Part shown: positions 1 to 23,786 of the stretch, one piece after another | Layout of the letters: every line of letters begins with the position of its first letter | Numbering within the stretch: the first letter of the stretch is position 1 | Origin: Chrysemys picta bellii | Taxonomy: Eukaryota | Assembly (NCBI RefSeq): GCF_011386835.1 | Contig: NC_088813.1 | Location: forward strand, 13,640,001-13,704,000 | Reading direction: 5' to 3' | Length of the DNA: 64,000 nucleotides | Program-made: the position numbers and the translations under genes | Notes under the pieces: generated by a model | Seen by the model: only the letters and a program-made list of their open reading frames with translations | The model's database searches: none | What the model was told of the DNA's origin: nothing

Positions 1-157
1 GGCTTGAGAGCCTGGGGGGAGGAGGCAGGCTGGGGATTTGGGGAAGGGGCGGAGTTGAGGCAGGGCCGGGGGTAGGGTAAGAAAAAAACAGGGGTGGGGG
101 GGGGGGCGGCCAAAATTGTTTTTGCTTGGGGCGGCAAAAATCCTAGAGCCGGCCCTG
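1..157. mobile_element. 3' end of a non-autonomous hAT-type DNA transposon (full copy at 19010-19515)
   Basis: Ends in TIR CCTAGAGCCGGCCCTG (142-157) followed by CTTGCACA; same element as the complete copy in repeat unit 2. Confidence 0.8.
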
Positions 158-828
158 CTTGCACAGACAGTGAGAGACGGGGGATTTGGCATGTCTAGTG
201 AGACGGACAGACAGTTTAGAGCAACTGGTGCGTTGCGATGGGTTAGAGAATCCCAGATGAAGGAGGTGTGCCTTGGCAGTGCCCTGGCATCCAGCACAGA
301 GGCTCTTTGATAAGGTGGGAAGCTGGGAGCCTGGAGTACCAGTCGCACTCGTGAGTTTTCATAGCTGGGAACCCCTTGGTAGAAAGCAGTATCTGGCGTT
401 CAGCCTTACCCCACATGGGAGTCAGTCTGGTCTATGTGAGACTGTCTGAGGCCAGCCCACTTTCTGCATAGCCCTGTGTTCGATTTCATTCCACGATACT
501 GCCCATCTCTTTCCCATCGCTAAACCTACCCAGCGCAGGACAGCTGAAATGGGCAGATCTGACTTGTCCATTGTCTGCCTTTTGTCTCAGGTGGATGGAT
601 AGTTGGAGACAGGGGGAAAAGGGCACCAAGGTGGGCTGGGGACGAGAGGATGCAGGGCAGGGGCCACGCAAACCTCTTTCCTCTTTGGCCTAAACGATAG
701 AACCTGTGCCCTGACGGGCAGGATGATCTGGGTAAGTTGCTCTGTGGGTCAGCTGGGCCAGATGTTCCCTGTGCATTACACGAGGGATTGACCTGGGTCC
801 CTCCGTTCCTTCTCCTCTCCTCCCATAG

Positions 829-4453
<3,625 letters not shown>

Positions 4454-6284
4454 GCTGGGACTGAGGAATGCTCTCGTGCTTACTAAGCCCTTGGATCAGC
4501 AGGTGGAGATAGGGGAAGGGACGGTAACATGTGAATGGTGCCACAGACTGATCTAATGTCCTTTCCTTAGTCCCGGCACTGGGGGCTTTGAGATTTTCCA
4601 GTTTAGGCTTTTGGAAGGTTGTTTTTTTTTTTTTAATATATACATATATATATATATGATATATAAAACGATGTGCAGGGCAACATACACTTTTATATAT
4701 GAATATATATAAACTAGATTGACCCACTTCCCTGCGTGCGCGTGGATATCTAATACACGGATTTTCAACTGATTGATTGGCCCTTTTGCTAAAAGACCTT
4801 GTTAGTGGTGGGCTGGGATGCCCTTTTAAAAGCTAGTGCAGCCCAGGGGGTCAGATGGGTGAACCGTCTCCAGTCCCTCCCGCCAGCTCAAAGCATCCAA
4901 ACAACTGGAAATGTCATGAGCGCGGTCTGCAGCCGTTCTGCTTTCAACGTGACTTTAAACCAGAGAGTGGAAATGGGGAGAACTTGAAGCATTTCTCAGC
5001 CTCGGATTCTCCTTTTTCTCCTTCCTGGTTTAAATCCGACCTGGCTGTAGGCAGGCTGCTGGGGTGTGCTGGCTTATTTTTTCCTGGTTAGCACTTTCTC
5101 TTTCCCTTAGAAGGAGGAGGGAAGAGGCTGTTTTTCTTTGTCATACAGTCCATGTATTGTATGGGAGCAAAAAGAAATGGAGAAACAGTGGGGGTCTTGG
5201 ACACATCAGAAAGCCCCCTAGTGGCCGTCCCTCTGGGCCTTTGATATTTCCAGAACCTGCTGATGTCTCAATAGCCTTATAATTCACAGTTGCCTCTATG
5301 CTATACGCACACATGCACAAGTGTATTAAAGAGTTAATCCAAAGGTCTACTTCCTACTTGTTTTGCACATGAATACCGTGAGGGGGTGAGGAGGTCCTCC
5401 AGGTTATTGTCTAGATTCCTTTCCCTGTGGAAGGGCCTCTGTGCTGCCCCACGGTAGGTGTTTACAAAGCAGTGGTTCCATAAAGACAAAACCTCAGCTT
5501 TCTCCTTGGCTGAATAGTTGGGCCCATGAGCAATGTGCTCTGGGCTGAGCCCCTGAGAAGGGAGCTATGTCCACATGGATATTCTACTGGCTGGGACGTG
5601 CTGCTGCTCCAGTGCTCTGGCAGGCTCCTTTTGACTTTGTCGTAACAGCACCTCATTCACAAGTACCCTTCCCCAGTAACATACCCATCTGACCGTCTTC
5701 CTGGCTGTCAGACTGACAGCTGCTCTGCAGGGAAAAATTGCTGAGAGAAATGGATGCATGCAATCTCTCCCTTCAGCAGAGTGTGAGAGAAGCACACAAT
5801 TTGTCCATCCAGTCAGGCCCATAAGATGGGGAATCTGCTGCTTTAACAGGTCCTTATGGGGGCAAAATCCCACTGACTTCAGTTTGGGAGTCTTGCCTGA
5901 GCAAGGACTTCTGGGTTTGGCCCTCAGATAACCATTTCTCTAAACTCCTCCACTCATGTCAATCTCCCCATTTTGGGGGGCAGTCCTCTGGTAGTTTTGA
6001 AGCAGGCCTCACTAAAACTTTAGTTCACGATATACTTTATTTTCAGTACCATCCTCCTTTGCTTAAAACCAAACATGATCTGCTCAAGTAAATTTCAGTC
6101 ACTCTCTGCTCTGTTATCTTTCTTGGACTGGACCCGTTTGGTGGGGAACTTTAATTTTTCTTCCCACTGTTTCTCTTCTGGAAACACTGCTTAACAGGCT
6201 CTCTCTAGGCAGCTACACAGGGCCTTGTAAACCATCCACAGTGCTGTTTTGGGGATCAGCCAGCAGAAGGTGCTACTGTACACT

Positions 6285-6368
6285 CGTCCTGTCTCCACTT
6301 GAGTTCAAACAGTATTGACACTATGACTTTTCCGGTTAATGCAGTAAGTCTGTAGTGGAGACAGGACC
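6285..6368. mobile_element. 84-bp Harbinger-like MITE
   Basis: 15-bp TIRs with 14/15 match (CGTCCTGTCTCCACT ... AGTGGAGACAGGACC); TSD not clean. Second copy 25616-25699. Confidence 0.5.
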
Positions 6369-7125
6369 TAACAAGCTGGAATCTTTCTGGTCTTCACAGA
6401 GCAGGAGGTCTTAGCCTGCTGATTAGCCTGGGTCTCTCCTTAAGTCAGTGAAATGTACTCCATGGAGCTTGGCTTTGGTTTTGTCTTCTGGCCCCCTTGC
6501 TTGAAGTATCACTACTGTCAGCTCAGGGAAGTCTCTCTCTGCCTCTCAATGCAAACTGGGACTTACTGAGCAAGAGAATGTATTTATGACCTGAGGGGAC
6601 CACGCCTCGTTTTTGGAAGGTTAGTTAAGGTGAAGGGCTGCAGCCTGTATCCGGACTTTCCTCAGCTCCTGCTGTTTAGAAATCCACACTCTTTTTGCGA
6701 TGGTACAGATAACCTGTGTCTGGGATCTGTTGTATGTATCTTCATATCCAATAGAAATGCACATAAACTACTTGCTGGTGTGTTTGTACTTCTTTCCCCT
6801 ACACGGTGAGCCAAGTTTTCTGTATCTTTCTAGAGAGAAGGATGTTCTTTTCCTGTGTCCTAATTACAGGCTGCATCCACCATGGAGTGTGCATAAAATA
6901 TTTGCAAGTAACCAGGGAGAGCAGGAAATGCTGGGCATGGGGTGGGTCAGTGCTCTGATGCCGATGCGTCACTAGATCCATATTGCTGCCTGTGGGGCTG
7001 CACCATACCAGGGCCCTCCTTTCTGTTAGGAGGAAGCATTGATGAGCTGGGAGCCAGTTCAGCATTTTAGCAAGAGCTGGGGGCAAGGTGCAGTACATTG
7101 TACCCTTTCCACCCAAGAATGCTGA

Positions 7126-7380
7126 TGCTGTGTCTACACTACAGACTTCTCCTGCCCGCAGAGTTTTGTCAGTCTGGGGTGCGAAGAGCAATGATCGCTG
7201 ACCGACTGAGCTGTGCCAACCACAGCCGCTAGTGTAGATACAGCTATCCCACCAAAACAGAACTTTAGCTTATCTTGCTCAGGGCGGCTGGAATAAGCCA
7301 TATCAGCAGAAGCGCAGTTTTGCTGGTTTTAAGCTGCATCCACACTAGAAGTACTTTGCCTATATAGTGTAGACATGGCC
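7126..7380. mobile_element. PIF/Harbinger-type MITE (255 bp)
   Basis: TIRs TGCTGTGTCTACACT ... AGTGTAGACATGGCC, flanked on both sides by TGA (3-bp TSD). Second copy 26457-26711. Confidence 0.7.
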
Positions 7381-8442
7381 TGAGCCTGCCAGCCTCAAAC
7401 AGCATTCAAGGAATCGGCTGCTTTACCTCAGGCCTGGCCCTTTGTTCATCGCTTGCCAAACACTGGCCCGGGGTCTTGTCCCCTGTTCCTCCTCCCCATG
7501 CTCTTCTCCTTGATGCCATGTAACCTCAACGGCACTGAGCTGCAGTTTTGATTTTGCCTTCGTGGGGATGTCACTCCAGATGAGCCCAATTTTACACAGG
7601 TCTTGTGGCTGTCGTGAGTTGGGCTTGCACTGTATCCTGTCCCCGGGCAGCACAACTGCTCCTGGTGAAGCTGGGGGTGGCAAAGAACCAACCTACCCAT
7701 GTCAGGATTGGCTTTGAGCGTCCCTTCAGGCTGTAAGGGGTGCCTACGCTCACTCAAGGAGAGCTAGAAGCAGGGATTTTCATTAATGAGATGTAAAGGG
7801 ATGAGATCTCAATGGAAGCACAGCTTCTCCCTGGGCTGTTAGGCAAAGACTTGAGTAATGCACCAGCCCACGGAGCTGGAGGCCTTTGGGTGCGGAAAAC
7901 TGCCAGTCTCGGCTTTAAACGTAAGGCGTCCGAGGGAAATCGACTCCTCTTGATGCCATCCCAACAGCCTGCCCCCTGTGAGGGCCTTTTTCCTCAGCTT
8001 GCTGTGACCCCTTGTACTAAGCACTCCTAGGGGACCCTGCTCTGAACTGCAGCTACCCCTGGCGATCTCCCCAAATGGTACCTCTGAAGCACCAGTCCTG
8101 GCATGGCTGTTAATGGTCAGCTGGAAGGGGCTGTGGAGTGGAGGGCAAAAAGCGGGTGGTGCCTTTTGAAAGAGGAAGGGCTTGGCAGGAAGCATCTATC
8201 AGGAGATGTTGCCCAACCTCCCCAGCTGTCCTGGAAATGGAGCCTGCTGCTGGAGCCTGTCAGCACTGGGAGGTTGGGAAGCAGCATCCATAAGGCTAGT
8301 ATTGCACCTGTGGTGAACCTCCTCCGTCCCCGGGCTGCTGCAGGCTCTGGCAGGCGGTGTTCCGAGAGGGGGATTGAGGGTTACGTTCACCCAGCGGGGC
8401 CCGAGCCCTCCTTTACAGCTAGCTTTTAACATTTCCTTACCA

Positions 8443-8448
8443 AATAAA
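8443..8448 (+). terminator. Candidate distal polyadenylation signal of TXLNA
   Basis: AATAAA at 8443 and 8520; a proximal ATTAAA near 5325. Use not demonstrable from sequence. Copy 2 equivalent at 27773. Confidence 0.35.
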
Positions 8449-9915
8449 ATGCAGTTCTCTAGCTGGACAGTGCACTTTAAGTTGGAAAGCCTGTCACTTT
8501 CACCAACAGAAATTGGTCCAATAAAAGATTACCTCACCCCGCTAGTCTCTCTTAGGTGAATGAGGCAGTTCACACCTCTCCGAGCCATTGTTCCAGGCTC
8601 TCTGCAGATTTCTCTCTGCTGTAGTTCTGCTTGGTTCACGTTTTTGAGATTTTATTCACAACCATAACAGTTAGAGACTGACTTATTATGATTATTTTAT
8701 TTTACGTATGAAAGCTGAGATTGTGGAGAACAAGATGACAGATTGAGACAGGTGCCACGCCCCTGTCCCGCTGCATACTAGCCCATCCTGGGCCCTGCCA
8801 GGAACAATATTTCCCCTCTCTATATCACCGACCCACTACCCTGCTAGGGCCCACGGGCAATTCCTATATGACACAGTGTACTGCAGGCTTTTGCCATCAA
8901 TTTCAGCGGGATCCAGATCCATGAGGACGGAAGGTTCAAGAGAAATGGCAGAATCAGTTTTAGCATGGCCAATATTTCAATAATTTTTTCAACATTAAAA
9001 GTCTGTTTAAAATCATGATATATTTATAAAGGGATTATATTAATGCTACAGCACATGTGTAGTATTAGCTTTAATAGCTTTCTAGAATAATTTTACCAAT
9101 ACAATATATAACATGGATACTATATATTATAATATATAATTTAGTATTATCCTACATAAGTTCAGGGCACCTGCACCTGCATTCCTCCTCTATGGTCCAG
9201 CAAGGGCACCCACTCTAGGCTGCCAGCTCCCCAGCTGTGGCCTCTCTTGGGTGGAGACCCACGGTTCTCTCCCTTCTGATCAGGGTATTTCCAGGCTGAA
9301 CGGTTGCAAGCACGTTTTAGTCTCAAGATAAAAGCAATACAGACAAAACATATTAAAAACAATAAAAGAACCTACACACGTGCTAATAAGCTTCCCAGAG
9401 ATCACCCCTACTCCAACATGGGCTCTGGCTGGTGAGCAGGCCTTCAAATCCCCACACGGGTTTGCTGGTGGTTTCAATTTTGTTAACGCCCTTTGCTCAG
9501 AACAAGATCCATCATGGATTGGTGAGTGAGTCCTTTATCCACAATGGGGGTCTTCAAAGAGACCATGAAAAGGTAATCAGCCAGACAATGGGTCCTCTCC
9601 TGGAGGCAAAACTTCCATAAGCCGAGTTACTGACTAATCGGAGGAATTATATTAGCATACTACTCCTGCCCCCTAGGGATTTCCCAAGAAACCCACTTAA
9701 TTTTAAAAGTTCATATTGTTTCAAAAAGTTATTTGAAGTTCCTACCATTTCCCAAGATTTACATTAGTCATGCCTCCTAGGAAAATTACATACAATCCCA
9801 TAATGACATGTAAACAACTGTATTTTAATACCATCAACACCAAAGGTATTTAATTTAATTCAGTAAGGTTCATCCAGGAGATTGCCCTGTTTGCCACAGT
9901 GAACTTTAAATGTAT

Positions 9916-10190
9916 GGGTACGTCTATACTTACCTCTGGGTTCGGCGGTAAGCAATCGATCTTCTGGGATCAATTTATTGCGTCTTGTCTAGACACGATA
10001 AATCGATCCCGGAAGTGCTCAGCGTCAACACCGGTACTCCTGCTCCGCGAGAGGAGTACGTGGAGTCGACGGGGGAGCCTGCCTGCTGCGTGTGGACCCA
10101 CGATAAGTACCTTGTAGTTCGAACTAAGATACTAAGGTAGCTGAAGTTGCGTATCTTAGTTCGAACTGGGGGGTTAGTGTGGACCAGCCC
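9916..10190. mobile_element. PIF/Harbinger-type MITE (275 bp)
   Basis: TIRs GGGTACGTCTATACT ... AGTGTGGACCAGCCC, 3-bp TSD TAT/TAT, internal 17-bp inverted repeat AGTTCGAACTAAGATAC...GTATCTTAGTTCGAACT, CpG-rich. Second copy 29246-29520. Confidence 0.78.
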
Positions 10191-10778
10191 TATGTCTACA
10201 CAGTATTTTGGACCAAGCCTCCCAGCCTGGGTCAACAGACATATGACCCCTCTTCCCCCTTCCTCCCCCCCCCCATGCTTCAAAGTCTAAACTCCAGCTC
10301 AAACTGAAACTTCAAAGCACTGTCAACACTGGTATTTTTAGAGTTCTAGCACAAGTCCCCCTGGCCCATGTCTCTCAACCCCAGGCTGGGAGGCTCACTC
10401 CAAAATACTATATAGACATTCCTTAAGAGTTAAAAAAATCATGAGTCAGGCCCCAAAAATCAGGAGAATGGCTTCATTTTTTAAAAATAGTACATGTCGA
10501 ATTTTGTGCTTTTAGGGGGTCACATTTTCAAGCTTTTCTCTGCAGCCAGGAGGGCTAGAAGCTTACTTTTCTTTTAAGCTGAGATAATCACATGACTCCA
10601 TGAGCTGGGGCTTTAGGGGAAAAAAGACCCTATGTTGTGAGACTTGAGATAAAATTGTGAGGGCTGGCAACACCATCTCATTTTAATGAGTCTCTAGCAG
10701 TTTCAATACACATTTCTGCTAAAAGGAAAATAGGAATATATTCCATATAGGAAAGGAAAGGGTGAGAGTGTGATAGAG

Positions 10779-10956
10779 CAGGGGTTCTCAAACTGGGGTT
10801 TGGGACCCCTCAGGGGGTCGTGAGGTTATTTCATGGGGGGTCGCGAGCTCTCAGCCTCCACCCCAAACCCCTGCTTTGCCTCCAGCATTTATAATGGTGT
10901 TAAATATATAAAAAGTGTTTTTAATGTCTAAGGGGGGTCGCAATTGAGAAGCACCG
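10779..10956. mobile_element. Short non-autonomous hAT element (178 bp)
   Basis: Starts CAGGGGTTCTCAAAC, ends ATTGAGAAGCACCG; degenerate 8-bp TSD TGATAGAG/CGATAGAA. Second copy 30108-30285. Confidence 0.68.
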
Positions 10957-11269
10957 CGATAGAAGCGCTGAACCAGATCTTCAGCAGCTGTAAACGGACA
11001 CTCTGGCGGCGCCCCGTGCCTGTGACAGAGAGACAGTGATCCTGTCTCACACCAGTTTCACACCACTGGAGCTGTTCTATGTTGCACCCATGTCCCTGAC
11101 AACGAAATCTGGCAGGGGAACCCAAAGACATGAAAGCAAACCCCGGGCTTGAACTCCGCTCTCATGAAACGGGTGGCAGTCAGCAATAGTCCCACTGAAA
11201 TCAGGGCAGGGGAGAAGTTACACGGGAATGAAATCAAAACCTGTCCCTCGTGTGAGTGACCTGATCTCC

Positions 11270-11455
11270 GGACATCGGACTGCGCGTCTGAAGAGCCCCG
11301 CCTAGGCTGGAGGAAGGCCCCTTCCCCTTTAAATGCAAATTGTTGCGTGGGCCCGGCTGCTGTTGACACGGAGTCTTGCAGGGCGCTCTGCTGCCGGGAG
11401 CAGAACGGGGTCAGGTCGCTGTAGCCTTAGCACGGGGGGTGCCTCTCAGGTGAGT
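11270..11455 (+). promoter_or_regulatory. Probable promoter and non-coding exon 1 of CCDC28B (copy 1)
   Basis: CpG-rich stretch, GC box CCCCGCC near 11296, octamer ATGCAAAT 11333-11340, consensus donor CAG|GTGAGT at 11450; matching acceptor TTTCAG at 14845 upstream of the ATG. Copy 2 donor at 30779. Confidence 0.55.
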
Positions 11456-12354
11456 TTCACCTCTGCGGGCTCTTGGCTTGGCACGGGAGGGGGGGGGTGG
11501 AACGGAGGCGGGCCGAACGTTCCCTTTTGGAACGCTGCCCGGCTGCATTGTTGCTCTGCGGGTTCTGTTCCGTGCACGGGCTTGTGCCGCTTCATTCTGC
11601 AGCTACCTCTGCTGTGGGGTTTTGGAAGGGGGGGAGCAGGGAGGTTAGAGACCATGGTGCGGGAGTCCTGCAATTTGCTGGGAAGGGATGGGATTGGGAG
11701 GGGAGGCTGGTGGTGTCATCTTGATCTCACACCGTGGCATTTCTCGTCTCTGGCCATTGGCTCCCCGGGCTTGTAATGCTCGGGTGGAAATGAAAATCTG
11801 CTAATTGCCTGTCCAATGTCTGGGGGATGGACGGCGCTAAATGGAGTGCCTATGCTGCGGCTATTGTTTTCTTTTTTTAAACGGGATACTCTGAAATAGC
11901 TGTCCGGGTAACTTATGAACCACAGCCATTTGCATCCTGAACAAAGAGGGATCTGTTTCCACAGCCTACGGCTGGGCTTTGATCAGAGCCAGCAGCTAAC
12001 CGCTTCACGGAGGTGCCATTGTACAGAACAATGGGAAATGAGTATGGAGGAAGACTAGCGGGAACCCTGCTGTGTGTTATTCAAGCTTGATCAATGGGGC
12101 TGGTATAAAAGTCGGCAGGAACCCCCGTTCTGCTGAGATATCGCCACAGGGCTGGGTTTGGGCTTGTTGGTTCGACCTGCCAAAGTGTTCCCATGCTAAA
12201 TTGGGTCCTAGAAGGAATCCTAGACTGCAATAGTGTCTAGAGGCCTGGATTGGGATCTGGGCTCCATTGTGAAAGGAGGCATTGTACAAACACACTCAAG
12301 CCCTGTACTGAAATGTACAGTCTCTAAAGAATATAGCAGGAGAGTTCTGCACAG

Positions 12355-12450
12355 CTTAGAGTGATGGGATAGAGCCCTTCATGTCTGGTCACAAGTTCAA
12401 ATCCCATGTCAGCAGTACATTAAAGCCGTCTTCATTTGGTGACCTCCTAT
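12355..12450 (+). mobile_element. LF-SINE-like fragment (tRNA-derived head)
   Basis: GATGGGATAGAGCCCTTCATGTCTGGTCACAAGTTCAAATCCC resembles the LF-SINE 5' region as I recall it; copy 2 about 31700-31795. Confidence 0.4.
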
Positions 12451-12951
12451 CAGGTGTATGTTTAAAACAAAACAAAACCCTTTCAGTTGGAACTAATTAG
12501 CCCCTGGCTGATAGTCTCTGCTGAGGCTGGAGATCCAAATCATCTTTCCCTGCCTGATGGGATTTCCCCTCCACCCCCCAGATTTGAGGACATTGGGGTG
12601 GGTGAATCTTGCCCTGCCCCATCTCTGGGGAGGTGCACAGTTTGCTCCCCAGGGCCCCTTTTGCCTAGTTCTTAACAAATAACAGACAAAATGACTGAAC
12701 AGTCCCTTTCATTTGTTCATTTCAATATAAAATGTTGTTTATAAATAATACTCGCTTGTGCAGGTCAAAAATCACTGCAGGTAATTAATTCAATAGAAAT
12801 AAACCCAGAGCAAGTGTCATCAACACCCTCATCTAATTCCTCTTGCCTTTAAACCCCCCCAAAATGTCGTTGACCCTCTCTTCTTGACCTGGGCTCTTAC
12901 TCTGAGCTTCAGCCTGTTTTTCCAGCCTGGCCTTTTCTGTTTGAATGTAAT

Positions 12952-13072
12952 GGGCCAGATCCCCAGCTGGGGTAAATCAATATAGCTCTATGGGCTGGGT
13001 CCCCAGCTGGTGTAAATGGGCGAACTCCTGACCTCAATGGAGCTATGCTGTTTTAGGCCAGCTGAGGATCTG
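12952..13072. mobile_element. Short palindromic MITE with a ~40-bp tandem duplication of its left end
   Basis: GGGCCAGATCCCCAGCTGG... then GGGCTGGGTCCCCAGCTGGTGTAAAT...GGCCAGCTGAGGATCTG; the two ends are inverted repeats. Confidence 0.5.
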
Positions 13073-14268
13073 TAATAGGAAAATATCATCTGCTGGTGGA
13101 GATTACGACTGATCAGAGTTAAATGCTCGCTTGAGAATGTCACTTTAAAAAACAGGATTTTGATTCTCCTTAAACACTAACATTTTTATACAGCGCTTGG
13201 AGAAAAATTGAATAGCTGCTTCATTTCCTTGCCCCCACGTCCCTATCTTGTTAGATACAAAGAGAGCCTTGAAACTTACAAATATACTCACACATAGAGT
13301 GCATTTTAATATTTGAGGGGACAGATGTAGAAAGAAGAGAAAGTAAAACATTGGGAAAGGCACCAGGGGGGCGGGAGAGAGAGAGAGAGAGACCCAGGGT
13401 ATGTGCTTGTTTGGATGTGTGGGTATTTAAATATTTCTTCTCCTGCCTTGAGAACCAAATACATCCCCTCAGGCTGTGATCTCATCTGATCTTGTTAAGC
13501 AGGGTCAGGCTGGGTAAGTGCAACAGGCCATGCTCAACATAGTGACTGGTTTGAAAATGATACTGCGGTTACTGCAGCTTCCTGGGGCAGTGAATAGGCA
13601 GTGTTCTGTGGCACACACTGTACTCTGATAGGAGACCTCCAGTGGTAACACAGGTCCCTGTGAATGAAAGTAATACTGACCCCAGTGCCTCAGCATGGTG
13701 CTAGGGGCCCTATACCACCAGGGCGCTGTCCTCTTCTGGAAGAGATGCAAAACCAAAGTAGTGACCTTCAGCTTGGACAGAACTGGGGACCTAAGAGCAT
13801 GAGCCACTACAGGCCTGAGTCCCCTAGCTGGGACCTGCAGCAGAGGTCTGTCACAGTGGAATGGGCATAAAGGGGGATATGTAATACATGCTGAACAGGG
13901 AGTTTCGTGCACCCCTGTGTCTAGCTCCCTCTTATCCCAGAGGTGGCCACATTTGAGCAGCAGATGGTGTGGCTCCTCATTTGGCAGGCACTTGAGTATC
14001 CTCCTGGATGAAAAGAGCAGCTTCAGTGGAACTTGCTGCCACAGACCCACCCAGTTCCAGACCCAAAGGCAGGGACTGGGAGTGAGGCTGGGCAAAGCAG
14101 GTTGTCTGGACCCTGTTCTATCGGTCATTTGATTCTGTAATTTTTCCTAACTCCTCCTCCTGGCTCCTGTTTGCAGGCACCCCTTGCTGAGGGGGCCGTT
14201 TCTGGAGAGGCTCTAGGTGTTGTTCCCACCCTTCAGAAAAATGCTTTGTGGTGAAAAGGAAAAGAATC

Positions 14269-14460
14269 CCAGTGGTTAAAGTGTGAGCCTGGGGGGTCAG
14301 AAGAACCAGGTTCAAAACCTGCTCTGCCGTACTACGTGTGTGACCTGGCATGAGTCCCTCTCTGACTCAGTTCCCCATCTGTTAAATGGGGATAACACTT
14401 CCCTGCCTCAGACAAGTGTGGTGAGGATAAATACCCTCAAGATTGTGAAGTGCTCAGATA
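14269..14460 (+). mobile_element. MIR-like CORE-SINE
   Basis: CAGTGGTTAAAG...CCAGGTTCAAAACC...CTCAGTTCCCCATCTGTTAAATGGGGATAA...TGTGGTGAGGATAAAT; repeated at about 33610-33800. Confidence 0.6.
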
Positions 14461-14918
14461 AATACCTCAGGCAGATCTCCTGATCTGGGGCAGAGGGAAA
14501 TCTGGGAAGTACCGAGCATTCTTTTTCTTAGCCCCCAGGTCAGGGGTAATCCTTCTTTTTTTTTTTTTTTGGTCACAGTCCAAATTTCTCCGTCTAGATA
14601 CAGTGAAAGGTCCAGATTCCAGATAAAATAATAAAAAAAGATGATAAATAAATTAAAAAGATTTTGGGGGTCTGTTCAAAAGCGTCTGGCAGTCCGGCTT
14701 GGGCCCGCGGTCCGCTGATTGATTACCCCTGTTGTAGGTGATCCACATGGGAGAAGCTTCTGTTGGCACTTGAATATCTGAAGCTGGAGAAAGGGGGTGA
14801 AAGAGGAGCTTTGTCTCCTTTGTGAACAGTGTCTCCTTCTTTCAGTGCCCAGAGGTTCCCTGCTGCAGTGTGTTACTGAGCCTGCGACTGGCCCCTGCCC
14901 GGGGATCGAGTTCTCAAG

Positions 14919-16393
<1,475 letters not shown>

Positions 16394-16957
16394 GTATCCT
16401 TCTGCCGGGGCCTATGGGGGCCAGGGGATTCTTCAGGGGGCCTGTTTTGTATGTGCACAGCTGGGTGACCCCTCAGGCAGGGAAGGGAAGAGGGAATCCG
16501 CTTTGAGACACTTGATCACCACTCTCCAATATCTCCCCAGACCATGGCATTGGATCTGAGGTGCCATTAATAGATGCTGGTCATCTTCTGCCAGAGTCTC
16601 TAGGCAGGGAGCCCTGTAGAGCTTGGAGGCTCCTTGGGAATTGCCAGGGGTTTCAAAGACGCCAGGACTCTGCTGGTGCCAAAGGTTTCCAGGCAAGCCT
16701 GTCATGGAGACCTCTGTAGGACACCATTTTAGAGGGAGGGTTGGGTTGGAAGGAGGGGCCTGAGGGTGGGATCTGGAGGTGTGAGTAACATCTCTGAGCG
16801 GCACAAGCCGTGCTTTGCCCATCAGTGGGCAAAAGGTTAGAGGGAGCCCTAATGCACTGAGGCGGAGCGGTGATAGATGCTGGCTGGAATCCACTTCTAA
16901 GGGTAACCAGGTGCCACCAATGGAGTGAGTAATGCGCCGGGGTCTATCAAGGAGCTG

Positions 16958-16967
16958 NNNNNNNNNN
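16958..16967. other. Assembly gap (10 N) at the junction of the two repeat copies
   Basis: Ten Ns. The left flank matches 36282 and the right flank reads as TXLNA intron 3. Confidence 1.
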
Positions 16968-17427
16968 GGCAGGAGATGGCAGTTGTGCTGATGCAGGTTC
17001 GGGAGTGGGGAACTGTTGGGGTCAGGTCAGGAAACAACCTGACCTTCTTGAGCTTACGTCAGGTGGGCTTGGGTCTGGGTCAGGCTTAAAAATTAGGCCT
17101 GGGAAGATGTCTATTCAGGCACCTACCTCTCACTGAAATCAATGAGGTGTCTAAATACCTTGAGGACCTGGACCTAAGTAACTTTCCCGAGGTCTCACAA
17201 GAAGTCAGTGGCAGAGCAGGGAATTGAACCTAGGTCTCTGGAGTCCATCCTCCCAAGGAAACCACCCAAACTAAATTACACTGGTGGCTCAAATTCATGT
17301 GGAGAATCTAGGAAGTGCATCCGGGATCCTAGCTGTGGTTTTGTGTGTATTTGGAGCAGGAATGTAGCAGCTTCTGGTTTCCACTTGGGTGCTTCCCCTT
17401 TGTCTTGTGACCCAGAGCTCCGTGTGA

Positions 17428-23786
<6,359 letters not shown>

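Noticed and set aside
13505-14128. 207-aa minus-strand ORF kept open in both copies (also 32846-33469)
   Set aside because: About 11 amino-acid differences between the copies, so most nucleotide changes are non-synonymous, unlike the real exons. No recognisable domain.
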